64,000 nucleotides of DNA from Candidatus Dadabacteria bacterium (GTDB lineage: Bacteria > Desulfobacterota_D > UBA1144 > Nemesobacterales > Nemesobacteraceae): positions 67,646 to 131,645 of the forward strand of contig JAJDTG010000015.1 of the NCBI GenBank assembly GCA_022827275.1, read 5' to 3'. The notes below the pieces were generated by a model that was given only the letters and a program-made list of their open reading frames with translations, did no database searches and was not told where the DNA came from. This document shows, in pieces, positions 1-9,836 of this stretch (position 1 is its first letter; each line of letters opens with the position of its first letter). Position numbers and translations under genes: made by a program.

Positions 1-123
1 AGAAAACTCCACGAAATAGCCCGAGACCTCGGGGTTTCCCAGGAGAGGGTAAGGCAGATACAGGCCGAATCCATAGGGAAACTCAGGGCACACATGGCCG
101 AAAAACTAGAAATTCACCCGTAA
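1..123 (+). CDS. RNA polymerase sigma-70 family factor, C-terminal region 4 (5'-partial)
   Basis: Frame 1 reads RKLHEIARDLGVSQERVRQIQAESIGKLRAHMAEKLEIHP*, matching the region 4.2 HTH consensus (EIxxxLGVSRERVRQI...KLR). Confidence 0.85.
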   Translation, partial: RKLHEIARDLGVSQERVRQIQAESIGKLRAHMAEKLEIHP

Positions 124-149
124 AAAGAAAAAACCCCAGGAGGAATTAA

Positions 150-2069
150 ATGGCTTCTAAGATAATAGGAATAGACCTCGGAACGACTAATTCATGCGTC
201 GCCATTGTTGAGGGCGGCGAACCGAAAGTGATAATAAACGAGGAAGGCACGAGAACCACCCCGTCGGTGGTCGCGTTTCTAAAGGACGGAGACGAGGTTC
301 TGGTCGGCGGACCGGCGAAGCGCCAGGCCGTCGCCAACCCCGAAAACACCGTCTACTCTACCAAAAGGCTTATGGGCCGCAGGTTCGAGGAGATATCGAG
401 TGAAGCTGACAGCCTTGCCTACAAGGTAGTGAAATCAGGCAAGTCAGACGCCTGGGTCGAGGTCGAGGGAAAAGAGTACTCCCCCCCGCAGGTCTCAGCG
501 CACGTGCTGACGAAGCTCAAGAAAGCCGCAGAGGATTACCTGGGTTCAGAAGTCACTGAAGCCGTTATCACCGTTCCCGCGTATTTTAACGACAGCCAGC
601 GCCAGGCCACAAAAGACGCCGGAAAGATAGCCGGTCTTGACGTAAAGCGCATAATAAACGAGCCGACCGCGGCGGCGCTTGCCTACGGGTTTGACAAGAA
701 AAAAGAGGGGATGATAGTGGTCTACGATCTCGGGGGCGGAACTTTCGACGTGTCGGTGCTTGAGGTCGGAAACAACGTAATAGAGGTTAAGTCAACAAAC
801 GGCGATACCCACCTCGGCGGAGACGATTTTGACAAGAGGGTTATTGATTACATCGTCTCCGAGTTCAAGAGGGATTCCGGGATAGACCTCGGGGCGGACA
901 AGATGGCCGTGCAGAGGCTCAGGGAAGCCGCTGAGAAGGCCAAGATCGAGCTTTCAAACACCGTCGAGACGGAAGTAAACCTGCCGTTTATAACGGCTGA
1001 CGCGAGCGGTCCCAAGCACCTGGTGCTTAAGATAACGCGCTCCAAGTTCGAGCAGCTTGTAGAGGATCTCGTAAAAGGCACCCTAAAGCCCTGTGAGCAG
1101 GCCCTCAGGGATGCGGGGCTTCGCCCGGGCGAGATAGCCGAGGTGATACTGGTCGGCGGATCGACCAGGATCCCGCTTGTGCAGAAAGTCGTGACTGACT
1201 TTTTCGCAAAGGAGCCGAGCAGGGGGATAAACCCAGACGAGGTGGTCGCTATGGGGGCCGCCATACAGGCGGGCGTGCTTGGCGGAGACGTAACCGACGT
1301 GCTTCTTCTCGACGTGATACCACTCTCACTGGGTATAGAAACCCTTGGAGGGGTCATGACCACCATCATCGAGAGAAACACGACCATTCCCACAAAGAAA
1401 AGCCAGGTTTTCACAACGGCCGAGGACAACCAGAACTCGGTTGAGATCCACGTGCTGCAGGGAGAGCGGCAGATGGCGGCTGATAACAGGACGCTTGCCA
1501 GGTTCATTCTGTCGGGTATTCCCGCGGCGGCAAGGGGCATTCCGCAGATAGAGGTGACTTTTGACACCGACGCCGACGGGATACTCCACGTTTCCGCTAA
1601 GGACAACGCGACTCAGAAGGAACAGAAGGTCAAGGTCGAGGCCTCAAGCGGGCTAAGCAGTGATGAGATCGACTCCATGGTCGAGGACGCCGAGAAAATG
1701 TCTGAGAAGGACAAGGAGAAAAGCGAGCAGGTTCAGAAGAGAAACCAGCTTGACGAGCTTGTCTACAGGACCGACAAGAGCTTCCAGGAGCTTGGCGACG
1801 GCCTCTCTGAGGATGAGAAAAAGGAGCTTGAGCAGGCTCTTGAGGAAGGAAGAGAAGCCCTTAAATCGGATGATCCGGGCAAAATTGACCAAGCGACGGA
1901 GAAAATAACAGCAGTTTCTCACAAGCTTGCGGAGCTGATGTACAAAAAGCAGCAGGAGGAAGCCTCCGCTGGTACCGGAGAGGGCGGGGCGGAAAGCCAA
2001 GCCTCCGAACAGGGAAACTCTACCTCGGGCGACGACGTGATAGACGCCGAGTTTACCGAACAAAAGTAA
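150..2069 (+). CDS. dnaK: molecular chaperone DnaK (Hsp70)
   Basis: [41 protein letters not shown]; RBS aggagg upstream. Confidence 0.99.
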   Translation: MASKIIGIDLGTTNSCVAIVEGGEPKVIINEEGTRTTPSVVAFLKDGDEVLVGGPAKRQAVANPENTVYSTKRLMGRRFEEISSEADSLAYKVVKSGKSDAWVEVEGKEYSPPQVSAHVLTKLKKAAEDYLGSEVTEAVITVPAYFNDSQRQATKDAGKIAGLDVKRIINEPTAAALAYGFDKKKEGMIVVYDLGGGTFDVSVLEVGNNVIEVKSTNGDTHLGGDDFDKRVIDYIVSEFKRDSGIDLGADKMAVQRLREAAEKAKIELSNTVETEVNLPFITADASGPKHLVLKITRSKFEQLVEDLVKGTLKPCEQALRDAGLRPGEIAEVILVGGSTRIPLVQKVVTDFFAKEPSRGINPDEVVAMGAAIQAGVLGGDVTDVLLLDVIPLSLGIETLGGVMTTIIERNTTIPTKKSQVFTTAEDNQNSVEIHVLQGERQMAADNRTLARFILSGIPAAARGIPQIEVTFDTDADGILHVSAKDNATQKEQKVKVEASSGLSSDEIDSMVEDAEKMSEKDKEKSEQVQKRNQLDELVYRTDKSFQELGDGLSEDEKKELEQALEEGREALKSDDPGKIDQATEKITAVSHKLAELMYKKQQEEASAGTGEGGAESQASEQGNSTSGDDVIDAEFTEQK

Positions 2070-2130
2070 CTGCGAGGGGTTGTGAGTTACACTCCGTTTT
2101 TCCACAGCTACTGCTTCGCCGACCGAAAAA

Positions 2131-2153
2131 AAGGATTATATACCTTGTTGTCC
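2131..2153 (+). repeat. degenerate IS1595 (ISNwi1-like) left terminal inverted repeat
   Basis: aaggattatataccttgttgtcc is 17/23 identical to the reverse complement of 14118-14140 and shares tatataccttgtt exactly with 8290-8302. Confidence 0.55.
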
Positions 2154-2192
2154 ACCGCTTAAGCGGTTCATGCTAAAAAAAAGCACGGTACG

Positions 2193-2220
2193 TTGAGTCA
2201 TCAATATGCCATGCTATAAT
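2193..2220 (+). promoter_or_regulatory. sigma70-type promoter for the first island cassette
   Basis: ttgagt-16 nt-tataat with an extended -10 (TGc-TATAAT). Confidence 0.55.
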
Positions 2221-2304
2221 TAGTTCTGAGGGTAGAAATATTACCAAGAGAGTCTCTAAAATCTGATGAATAAAACATTTAATAAAGGATAAGTAGGAAA
2301 GTCA

Positions 2305-2739
2305 ATGGCACAAGAATCTGTATACCTCTCTGCTATTCTTCTCTGTCAACAAATATTAAAATCAGAAGGAAAAGAGAAGCTTGTAAGTTTAATAAATATC
2401 TTTGATAATTTGGTTGTTTCTACAAATGCCCCGGTTTCGGCAACAATACAAATTCCGATCGAATGTTATTTATTTGCAAAGCTAGCGGATAAGAAACCAA
2501 GGGGGAATTATGAGCTTGTTATTGAAATATTTTCTCCTTCTGGGAAAAAGCTCGTACAAATTACAGGAAATTTGCAAAACAAAAATATTAGCAAAGCTGG
2601 TAGCATTGGAGATATACTACAGCCGTTACATTTTACAACTGATGAGGATGGAGATCACTTGATAACTATTAAAATTCAAGATCAAATTATAGGAGAAAGA
2701 AAATTATATGTCTCCCGTGAATTTACAACCAAACCTTAA
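2305..2739 (+). CDS. hypothetical protein (DUF6941-like beta-sandwich)
   Basis: 144-aa ORF with RBS; the 'AILLCQQI...KLVSLINIFD' pattern is typical of this family. Confidence 0.6.
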   Translation: MAQESVYLSAILLCQQILKSEGKEKLVSLINIFDNLVVSTNAPVSATIQIPIECYLFAKLADKKPRGNYELVIEIFSPSGKKLVQITGNLQNKNISKAGSIGDILQPLHFTTDEDGDHLITIKIQDQIIGERKLYVSREFTTKP

Positions 2740-3396
2740 ATTCAAATAGGAGAAACTCTATGAGTATCAAAGCTATTATATTTAAAAAAGAACCTAGCCG
2801 ACTTGGTATTGGTATCACCAGTTACGGTCAACCTTCACATGATGTATGGTCTTCTCCCCGTCAATCAGTCATTTGTGTTTACCCTTCTGTGCCTATCCAA
2901 GGAAGTCGAAACGAAATGGTAGTAACAGAGGAAAAAGGAGAAGATCAACTTCCTTTTTCGGAACGGTACACAATCAAAAAATCTATTCGAGAGTTGTTAA
3001 AGGATGCAGGAACAGAAAATTGGGATGGAGAAAATGCTTTTCCCATATTTCCAGAAAGTGTAGAAATTGCAGAAAGTATGGTGGATTTATTCCCGTCAGC
3101 CGATTTCTTGCCAGAGGTTTCTGCAACCCCTAATGGTGAAATAGATTTCGACTGGACTATCTCAAGAGATATCATGTTAACCCTTAGTGTATGTCCCAAG
3201 GGTAAAATTGCATATTCAGGTATCTTCAACGTTGCATATTACGATTTATTCGGACTATCTTTTCAATTGAATTCGGACGGTCATTACGAACGAATTCGGA
3301 CGGCTGAATCTCTTTTTTCTTTTCCCTCAAAACAGACTCTAACACGTTCAGAATTTCTCTGTCAAACGACGATTAAAAAGTCTGTTTTTTTCTCTC

Positions 3397-4185
3397 CTAA
3401 CAATCACCTTTATTCTCTTCTTTTTCCTTTGCCGATGTCTGTTTTTCTTCCTTCTCCGCAACGATCTTTCTCATAGATTCCCCGCCGAGTTCAAGACGAT
3501 GAGAGTTGTGAACGATTCTGTCAAGGATCGCGTCGGCAACCGTGTTGTCCCCTATCATTCCGTGCCACTCACTCACCGGAAGCTGACTTATCACCACAGT
3601 AGAACTCTCCCCGTAACGGTCATCCATTATCTCCATCAGATCATATCTCTGGGCCGTGGTCACAGCCTCAAGACCCCAGTCGTCTATGATAACAAGCCCC
3701 ACTCTGGCAAGCTTTGAGAGAAGCTTGTTGTAGCTTCCGTCCGCCTTTGCCTGAGAGAGAGACAGAAACAGTCTTGAGATCCTGTAGTAACGAACCGATA
3801 CCCCTCTGAGACACGCGTTATGACCCAGGGCGCACGCTATCCATGTCTTGCCGCTTCCACAAGGACCCGTGATAAGAAGATTACGGCCCCGCTCTATCCA
3901 GTCCCCCTGGGCAAGCCCTGCTATCTGGGCCTTTCTCAGGTTACGGGAATGGCCGTAGTCAATATCTGCCAGGTCGGCTTTTAACCTGAAGCGAGCGTTG
4001 CTTACGAGACGCTGCTGTTTTCTGCTCTCCCTCTCAACGCATTCTCTCTCCACAAGCAGTCCGACCCTCTCGGTAAAACCCAGTTCATCGTAAGTGCGGG
4101 GCTGCTCGCACTGACGCTCAAGCGCCTCGGCCATGGCTCCAAGCCGAAGTCCCCGAAGACGTGACAATGTCTGTTGCAAACTCAT
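3397..4185 (-). CDS. istB: IS21 helper ATPase IstB
   Basis: Walker A GPCGSGKT, Walker B IIDDWG, ADAILDRIVH, GESMRK. Confidence 0.95.
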   Translation of the reverse strand: MSLQQTLSRLRGLRLGAMAEALERQCEQPRTYDELGFTERVGLLVERECVERESRKQQRLVSNARFRLKADLADIDYGHSRNLRKAQIAGLAQGDWIERGRNLLITGPCGSGKTWIACALGHNACLRGVSVRYYRISRLFLSLSQAKADGSYNKLLSKLARVGLVIIDDWGLEAVTTAQRYDLMEIMDDRYGESSTVVISQLPVSEWHGMIGDNTVADAILDRIVHNSHRLELGGESMRKIVAEKEEKQTSAKEKEENKGDC

Positions 4186-4203
4186 AACAATCTCCTCCTG
4201 TTT

Positions 4204-5748
4204 TTATTTGTATTTCTTTGCTCCCCTGATGTTCTTGTGATCCTGGGGAAGAACTGTTTCTTTTTCCTGCTCCTCAAACAGCGGCAACACCTTGTCCCTC
4301 CCGTTTTTAAGAATCTCCCTTACCTGCTTGTACCCTGTAAGTCCTTTCCTGTTGGCCACCCTGCATGCGTCGTTGAGTCTTTTGGGATAATCATTGGAGA
4401 GCTTCCTCAACCCCAGAAACGTCCTGTAGACCTGCTCCACATGATCTTTTAACTCAAACTGACGCTCAAGCCATTCACTTACCTCCTCCCCCTGATTCTT
4501 TGCCCAGTTCCGAAGACTCCGCGGATTCCACCTGTAATGTTGCTGATGTCCCCTGGGCATGTGAGAGAACTCGGTACAGTAACGCCTTGTGCTCCGTCTA
4601 TGCTGCGCTATGATCCTGCCTTTGAGGTAGATCGTCACAATGTTCTGTGAGGCGTGAATCTCTACCCTCTTGCCCCTGTGAACGCAGGGAACCGAGTACA
4701 GAACCTTTTTGTACTCCACATGATAATCAATGTTCACCTTCGCTGTCTTTATCTCAGTGTAGATGTAGGGATACGGAGGCAGGGGTTTGAGAGCGGGCAA
4801 ATCAATCTTATCGAATTCATCCCGCCGGCATCCCTCTTCCTTCTGGAAGGGCTTTTTGTTCAGCTTCTCAACAAGCCCCTTTGCGCGTTTGTTGAGCTCT
4901 GCAATGGAGAAGAACTTCTCGTTTCTTATCGGAGCCAGAACGCTTCTCTCCACTATCTGCACAGCCTTCTCCGCCCTGGCCTTGTCCCGGGGCTCGCGGG
5001 GTCTTGTCGGGATTACTATCGTATTGTAGTGATTCGCCCATTGAGCGTAAGCGGGGTTCGTATCGGGATCGTAACGGCACGCCCTTGAAACACCGCTTTT
5101 AAGATTGTCGGGCACTATTATCTCAGGAACCCCTCCGAAGAACTCAAGCATCCGTGTGTGACTCCCAAGCCAGTCGGGAAGGGTCTGTGACGCGGTGGCT
5201 TCGGCAAAGGTGTAATTCGACGCCCCCATGACCCCGACGAATATCTGAGCCTTCGTAACTTCTCCCGTATGTGGGTCCGTTATGTTCACTGCAGGCCCGG
5301 AGTAATCCACAAAGCACTTCTCCCCGGCCTTATGCACCTGCACCATTGAGGGTGGCCTGTTCTCTTTACGCCACGCATTGTACAGCTCGCAGAACCGAGT
5401 ATAGCTGTAACAGTCTTTGCCCTTGTTGGCTTCGATGTACTCTTCCCAAAGAAGCTGCCTCGTCACCCCCTTTTTGGTGAGTTCCTTGTTTATATAAGAG
5501 AAGTCAGGCAGCACCTTGCCATCATAGACTGCCTCGGGCCTGGGATAGAGAATCTCCTCAAGCTTCTGATCATTAAGATCTTCGGGGAGGGGACATTGCA
5601 GACCCGCTTTCTCAGCCTTGCGAATTATATCGTTAACGCTGCTTTTGGCCTTGTTAACGCTTTGGCCGATCTTCATGGTTGAGAGATTCAGGGACCTGAG
5701 CCTCAGGACCTCTCTTATTGTTCTCGTATCCATTCTTCTTCTCGGCAT
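4204..5748 (-). CDS. istA: IS21 DDE transposase IstA
   Basis: N-terminal HTH, FVDYSG, VPDNLKSGV, PRDKARAE, YSVP. Confidence 0.95.
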   Translation of the reverse strand: MPRRRMDTRTIREVLRLRSLNLSTMKIGQSVNKAKSSVNDIIRKAEKAGLQCPLPEDLNDQKLEEILYPRPEAVYDGKVLPDFSYINKELTKKGVTRQLLWEEYIEANKGKDCYSYTRFCELYNAWRKENRPPSMVQVHKAGEKCFVDYSGPAVNITDPHTGEVTKAQIFVGVMGASNYTFAEATASQTLPDWLGSHTRMLEFFGGVPEIIVPDNLKSGVSRACRYDPDTNPAYAQWANHYNTIVIPTRPREPRDKARAEKAVQIVERSVLAPIRNEKFFSIAELNKRAKGLVEKLNKKPFQKEEGCRRDEFDKIDLPALKPLPPYPYIYTEIKTAKVNIDYHVEYKKVLYSVPCVHRGKRVEIHASQNIVTIYLKGRIIAQHRRSTRRYCTEFSHMPRGHQQHYRWNPRSLRNWAKNQGEEVSEWLERQFELKDHVEQVYRTFLGLRKLSNDYPKRLNDACRVANRKGLTGYKQVREILKNGRDKVLPLFEEQEKETVLPQDHKNIRGAKKYK

Positions 5749-5975
5749 CTTGTTACCTCCTTGCCTCAGATTGCAAGCAGGTTAACAAAACGCTTTTTAA
5801 TGATGTTTTCGGGAAGAAGAAAAAGGGGGGATTCAGCCGTCCGAATTCGCTCGTAACTACCGTCCGAATTCAGTCGTAATATGCAAACGTGGAAGGAAAT
5901 GAAGAATGGAACAACCAGTTACCCTCTGGTGTCGTCTGTTGGCTTGCTGGTTTACAAAAATGCCAACAGAAATAA

Positions 5976-6386
5976 ATGAACAATTTTTTAGCTCGCTTTG
6001 CTTTAGAAAGAGGGAAAATAAAAGAAAAAGCAGGGGAAATAATTGTCGACCCTCGATTATTTGAACCCAATAGCCAATTACTTCTATCCACTGCACGAAT
6101 AGAGGATTTAACTTGTGCGGAGATAAAAGAAGTAGGAATTAATGTTGCTAGAAAACACAAGACTGCAAAACATCTTTACGGATGGGCACAATTTTCTAGG
6201 AATGTAATAAATGAGATTGGTCTTGAAATTGACGATGACCCACCACCATCTCGACACTCTGATATAAAAGGTTGGCCGAAAGAAAAAGAAAAACGAGTGA
6301 GTATGAGACGTGAATTAGCACTAAAATCGAAACCAGTCTTACTAGAAGAAAAAATTCCTATAAACAAAACAGAAGCATTAGATTAA
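5976..6386 (+). CDS. hypothetical protein, possible ART/RES-like fold
   Basis: 136 aa with LARF..F.P...LS..R...H.DI.GWP pattern; fold is an inference. True start may be 5960 if the T6 run carries an extra base. Confidence 0.55.
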   Translation: MNNFLARFALERGKIKEKAGEIIVDPRLFEPNSQLLLSTARIEDLTCAEIKEVGINVARKHKTAKHLYGWAQFSRNVINEIGLEIDDDPPPSRHSDIKGWPKEKEKRVSMRRELALKSKPVLLEEKIPINKTEALD

Positions 6387-6722
6387 TAACTCCCAAAAAA
6401 ACCAAAACTCATAGAACCGATTCCCGCAACTTTGGGTCAGATTGTTAAGTCGTTCTTTATCAAAGCCCCAAAACCTAAGAAGCTTTCTAAGAAAAACAAG
6501 AAAAGTCAGTCCTAACCTACTTAATCTTGGCTAGTTTTGTATCGTGCTTTCAAGTTTGAAACGCAACAGGTGGATTAGTACCGAAGAATACCTGATTGGG
6601 GGTTTTTGTGTTATTCGCTTTTTTAAGAGTGGGAATAACTTTTTAAGCTTACAAGCTGTGTTGCTTCAGAACATAGGCAGTGCTCTTAGTTCTTTGAAGA
6701 TCCAAGTCCGCAAAAGCCAGTA

Positions 6723-6929
6723 TTATTTCTCTACCAATCCCAGAACATCTAAGATTTTAAGAGCGCTTGACAGCTGAATGTCTTGTTTTTGCTGCTCAAA
6801 GCGCGAGATCGTCGGTTGACTTACCTCCGCTATAGTGGCCAGGCGGCGCTGGGAGATTTTTCGTTCCTTGCGCCGCTTTATTGCTTCTTTGACAAGTAAG
6901 TCCCAATTGAGTCGAATGTCCCGTTCCAT
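6723..6929 (-). CDS. XRE-family HTH protein, HipB-like antitoxin
   Basis: ISQRRLATIAEVSQPTISRFEQ HTH; overlaps the 3' end of hipA. Confidence 0.85.
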   Translation of the reverse strand: MERDIRLNWDLLVKEAIKRRKERKISQRRLATIAEVSQPTISRFEQQKQDIQLSSALKILDVLGLVEK

Positions 6930-8089
6930 CTTTTCTCCATTTGCCGATGTAGTTTGTCTTTAATGTCCTGGCCGATACCCTTCGAAGCATCAACGACGCT
7001 GTGGGCTTTGTCGAGACGGCTGGCGAAATCCGAAACTGCCAGCATGACCGCTCTGTCAGGCAGGCCGAACAGCTTGCCCAGCCGGATCATGTTCTTCGCG
7101 CCGATCTTGCCGATTCGCATGTTCTCGGTCCCTGAAATCCCCAGTGCCAGTGTCTGATATTGCGGGTAGCAGGCGGCTGCAACGAGATCATAGCAGGGCG
7201 CGAGGCGTAGTCCGCTTTCTGTATGCTCCATAGCGAAGTTTTTAAGATGTGCATCTGTATTTCCCGTGAGAATACAGGCCATTACCCGGCGAAACAGTGT
7301 ATCGCACTCTGCCCGCAGGCATATGTCGCCATTTTGGATAATGAAATCGGCCATGTGCTCGTAGCAGCCCTCATACTTGTCCTCCGAGTGGTTACCGAGC
7401 AGCTGGTTAAATTCCTCGAAGTGAATTCGCTCGCCGTCTTCAGTCCTGTCAAACCGTTTGACGAGCAGAGATCTATCCGCAACGCCTTGGAGCGGCGCCA
7501 AGGTCATCTCCGCAACGGTGTCTTCCTTAAGAAGGGCTGCGCACGCCTGCGTAGTTACACACTCAAGCCCCAGGATATCGGGCAGCACAGGGGAGGGAAG
7601 CTTGGCTATATGGGTTGCCCGTTCACCGCGCCCTACAGGGCGAAACACGCGGCCTTCCTTTATTGCGCCCAGTTTTGGCTGAACCCCGCAAAGAGACGCC
7701 CTTGCTGAAAGCGCCGCAATGTTTTCCGGGTCGTCGTGGTCGATTTTAATGTCCCCGGCAGGATCCGGGTCAATGATGCTTACGGCGCCGGCAAGGTCTG
7801 TGCCGAAGGCAAGCAGCAGCGGGAAACGGTCGTCCCTCTGCAGGCCGAGTGCGCGTGCCTGCGCATCCTTAAGCCAGCCCTCGGCGCATAGATTGTCAAA
7901 GAAAGGATGCAGTCCGTATTTGCTTAAATGAGGCTCGGTCCGAAGCGGCAGCGTGTAGGAAATAGCAGGCGAAGAGCTTTGCAGATAGCCCTCGTCGTAA
8001 GTGAATACGCATCGGCTTCCAGCCTCCTGCGAGAGAACGCCGGCGAAAGTATCCTTGTAATATACTTTGCCCCAGAGATTGGTTGCCAT
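6878..8089 (-). CDS. hipA: HipA-family Ser/Thr kinase toxin
   Basis: N-terminal coupling domain (LHPFFDNLCAEG), SLCGVQPK, GNTDAHLKNF, LAPCYDL. Confidence 0.92.
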   Translation of the reverse strand: MATNLWGKVYYKDTFAGVLSQEAGSRCVFTYDEGYLQSSSPAISYTLPLRTEPHLSKYGLHPFFDNLCAEGWLKDAQARALGLQRDDRFPLLLAFGTDLAGAVSIIDPDPAGDIKIDHDDPENIAALSARASLCGVQPKLGAIKEGRVFRPVGRGERATHIAKLPSPVLPDILGLECVTTQACAALLKEDTVAEMTLAPLQGVADRSLLVKRFDRTEDGERIHFEEFNQLLGNHSEDKYEGCYEHMADFIIQNGDICLRAECDTLFRRVMACILTGNTDAHLKNFAMEHTESGLRLAPCYDLVAAACYPQYQTLALGISGTENMRIGKIGAKNMIRLGKLFGLPDRAVMLAVSDFASRLDKAHSVVDASKGIGQDIKDKLHRQMEKRWNGTFDSIGTYLSKKQ

Positions 8090-8120
8090 TGATTCAATCC
8101 GTCTAATTATTGTTAATAGT

Positions 8121-8229
8121 ATTAGAGATTATAAAATATATTTTGTCAAACATGGATATTGTAACATTTAAATAAAATAGGATTAATCAAACAAGCCCTT
8201 AAATAGTTTAATAATCAAATATATTTGAT
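8121..8229 (-). promoter_or_regulatory. hipA promoter with two palindromic operator candidates
   Basis: Minus-strand TTGACA (8144-8149)-17 nt-TCTAAT; palindromes aaaatatatttt (8133-8144) and perfect atcaaatatatttgat (8214-8229). Confidence 0.55.
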
Positions 8230-8283
8230 CCATTTTCCAAATAAGAATTTGTCAGTAGTTTTGGTTCCTGCAAATTGTAGGGA

Positions 8284-8302
8284 CGGAACTATATACCTTG
8301 TT
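8284..8302 (+). repeat. IS1595 (ISNwi1-like) left terminal repeat copy
   Basis: cggaactatataccttgtt matches the reverse complement of 20208-20230 (gggaactatatac) and the 2131 copy. Confidence 0.6.
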
Positions 8303-8334
8303 AACCAGAGGAGGCTGGATAAAGCACCTGGAAA

Positions 8335-8661
8335 CTAGGAATACAAAAGAGGTTTACCGACTTGCATGCTTGAAGGCAAAGTAGGGACATTTCTATAAGA
8401 GCAGTGCTCACACGGTCGCTTTAACTCTTCAGTAAATTTCATAGCAATTTCGTGTATTTCACGCTGGAGATCTTTATCCCCACGGTACTCTAAAGGCACT
8501 TCAACAGTTGCACAGTTGCCCTCTGCATTGCGTTTGTAGGTTAAGGTGTAGATTCTATAAATTTTTCCTTTCCTTTCTAGTCTTATCAGTTTTGCTCTCG
8601 GGTCTGTCTGCAATCTTAGCCGACTGAGCCAACAAGGCAATCTAATGTTTGGGGATAACAT
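8335..8661 (-). CDS. hypothetical protein or gene fragment with CxxC
   Basis: Open frame with PCEHC; no convincing start. Confidence 0.3.
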   Translation of the reverse strand: MLSPNIRLPCWLSRLRLQTDPRAKLIRLERKGKIYRIYTLTYKRNAEGNCATVEVPLEYRGDKDLQREIHEIAMKFTEELKRPCEHCSYRNVPTLPSSMQVGKPLLYS

Positions 8662-8756
8662 ACAGTGCTAGCCAAGATTTTCGGAGTTTTTGGGTGGTCG
8701 GTTTCTTTCTCAAATACAGTCCGAGATGTTTTATAAGAAGAAGAGTAGCTGCGCGA

Positions 8757-9836
8757 CTAGAAGGAATATTTTTCGCAACCGTCAACATCCTCATTGTCCT
8801 CATAATCATATACGAATGCTACGCTTTGTTCGGCGCGCGTTATTGCCACATACAATTTAGAACGGCTTGTTGGTGCAAGATCACTGCTATTGTCTTTCAG
8901 CCACTTTTTTATCGGAATGGTTGGATAAATAAGCACTCTTTCGAAAGAAAGTCCTTTGGATTCCCCAAAATTCATAACTGGAGCATAGTCTTTTACCTCA
9001 ACGTCTTCTCTATTCCGCAGTTGCATTGGCCTATACCTGGAAAGGTAACAATCTACATCTTTTTGCCTAACCAGGAACACTCCATCATGATTCGTTGAAC
9101 GCTTGTTGCCTGACTGGGTCTGCGGACGCTGATAAAACAATTTATTTGATAAATCGCAAATCGCTGGAATGCTGCGGTAGTTTATTCTGAGTAGTTGATC
9201 ATCTACTTCAATATTTGAGATATCCTCGAAAAAATCGAGGATCTTATCTCTTGCGTATTGATTATTTCTAGCGGAGTTGCTCGTGGAGTAAGTTGCCTGA
9301 CGCAGGTCACCCACAAGAAGGGTATTGATGTTAGAGTCAAAGAGCAATCTAAGAAAATCAAGATCATAACCAGACAAATCCTGCACCTCATCAATAAACA
9401 AATAGTGGTAAATCCGAGATAACCTGTCTAAAACTTTTCCGTCGCTTGCTTTGTTACATTTTAAGAGAAATTTTGATATCTTGTCCGAGTAGATTTTTTG
9501 TCTCCCATCAAAATAATGTTTTTTAATGTCGCTTTCCTTACTGTATGGAGCAGATCTGCTGTTGACCAAATTCATCCCTTTAATGTCATGATCAAATAAA
9601 CCTCCTTGATAAGGTCTTGCACCGTGTTGCAACAGTGTCGAAAACCATGTCTGTACAGTGATATTGCCCGGCATGAATTTATTTTTCTCTGTTATCTTTT
9701 TTCTTATTTCTGCCTCGTTTGCTTCCGTGAAGGTGGTCATCAAGACATTCTTGTCTTTTATCTTTAATGCCTCTTCCACGAGGAGGGTGGTCTTGCCGGA
9801 ACCGGCGGCCGCAACAATAAGCCTGTTATTTTTCAT
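8757..9836 (-). CDS. gajB: UvrD-like helicase, Gabija GajB-like
   Basis: AAAGSGKTT, FIDEVQD, SKGLSFE, LYVAITRA; short (359 aa) and coupled to the upstream OLD nuclease. Confidence 0.8.
   Translation of the reverse strand: MKNNRLIVAAAGSGKTTLLVEEALKIKDKNVLMTTFTEANEAEIRKKITEKNKFMPGNITVQTWFSTLLQHGARPYQGGLFDHDIKGMNLVNSRSAPYSKESDIKKHYFDGRQKIYSDKISKFLLKCNKASDGKVLDRLSRIYHYLFIDEVQDLSGYDLDFLRLLFDSNINTLLVGDLRQATYSTSNSARNNQYARDKILDFFEDISNIEVDDQLLRINYRSIPAICDLSNKLFYQRPQTQSGNKRSTNHDGVFLVRQKDVDCYLSRYRPMQLRNREDVEVKDYAPVMNFGESKGLSFERVLIYPTIPIKKWLKDNSSDLAPTSRSKLYVAITRAEQSVAFVYDYEDNEDVDGCEKYSF

Larger units (their letters stand above)
3233..5885 (-). mobile_element. IS21-family insertion sequence, intact
   Basis: Terminal IR TGCATATTACGA...TCGTAATATGCA, multiple subterminal gaattcggacgg sites, 5-bp direct repeat AACGT at 3228-3232 and 5886-5890, istA and istB inside. 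Confidence 0.95.
2760..5975 (+). pseudogene. hypothetical gene interrupted by IS21 (5' part 2760-3232, 3' part 5891-5975)
   Basis: Removing 3233-5890 restores an open frame: ...KIAYSGIFNV|EGNEEWNNQLPSGVVCWLAGLQKCQQK*. Confidence 0.8.

Noticed and set aside
3241-3310. Repeated gaattcggacgg units as a CRISPR or iteron array
   Set aside because: They are mirrored at 5830-5872 and are the normal multiple subterminal transposase-binding sites of IS21.
2760-3476. 238-aa ORF as a real full-length gene
   Set aside because: Everything after 3232 reads through the IS21 end; the true C-terminus lies at 5891-5975.
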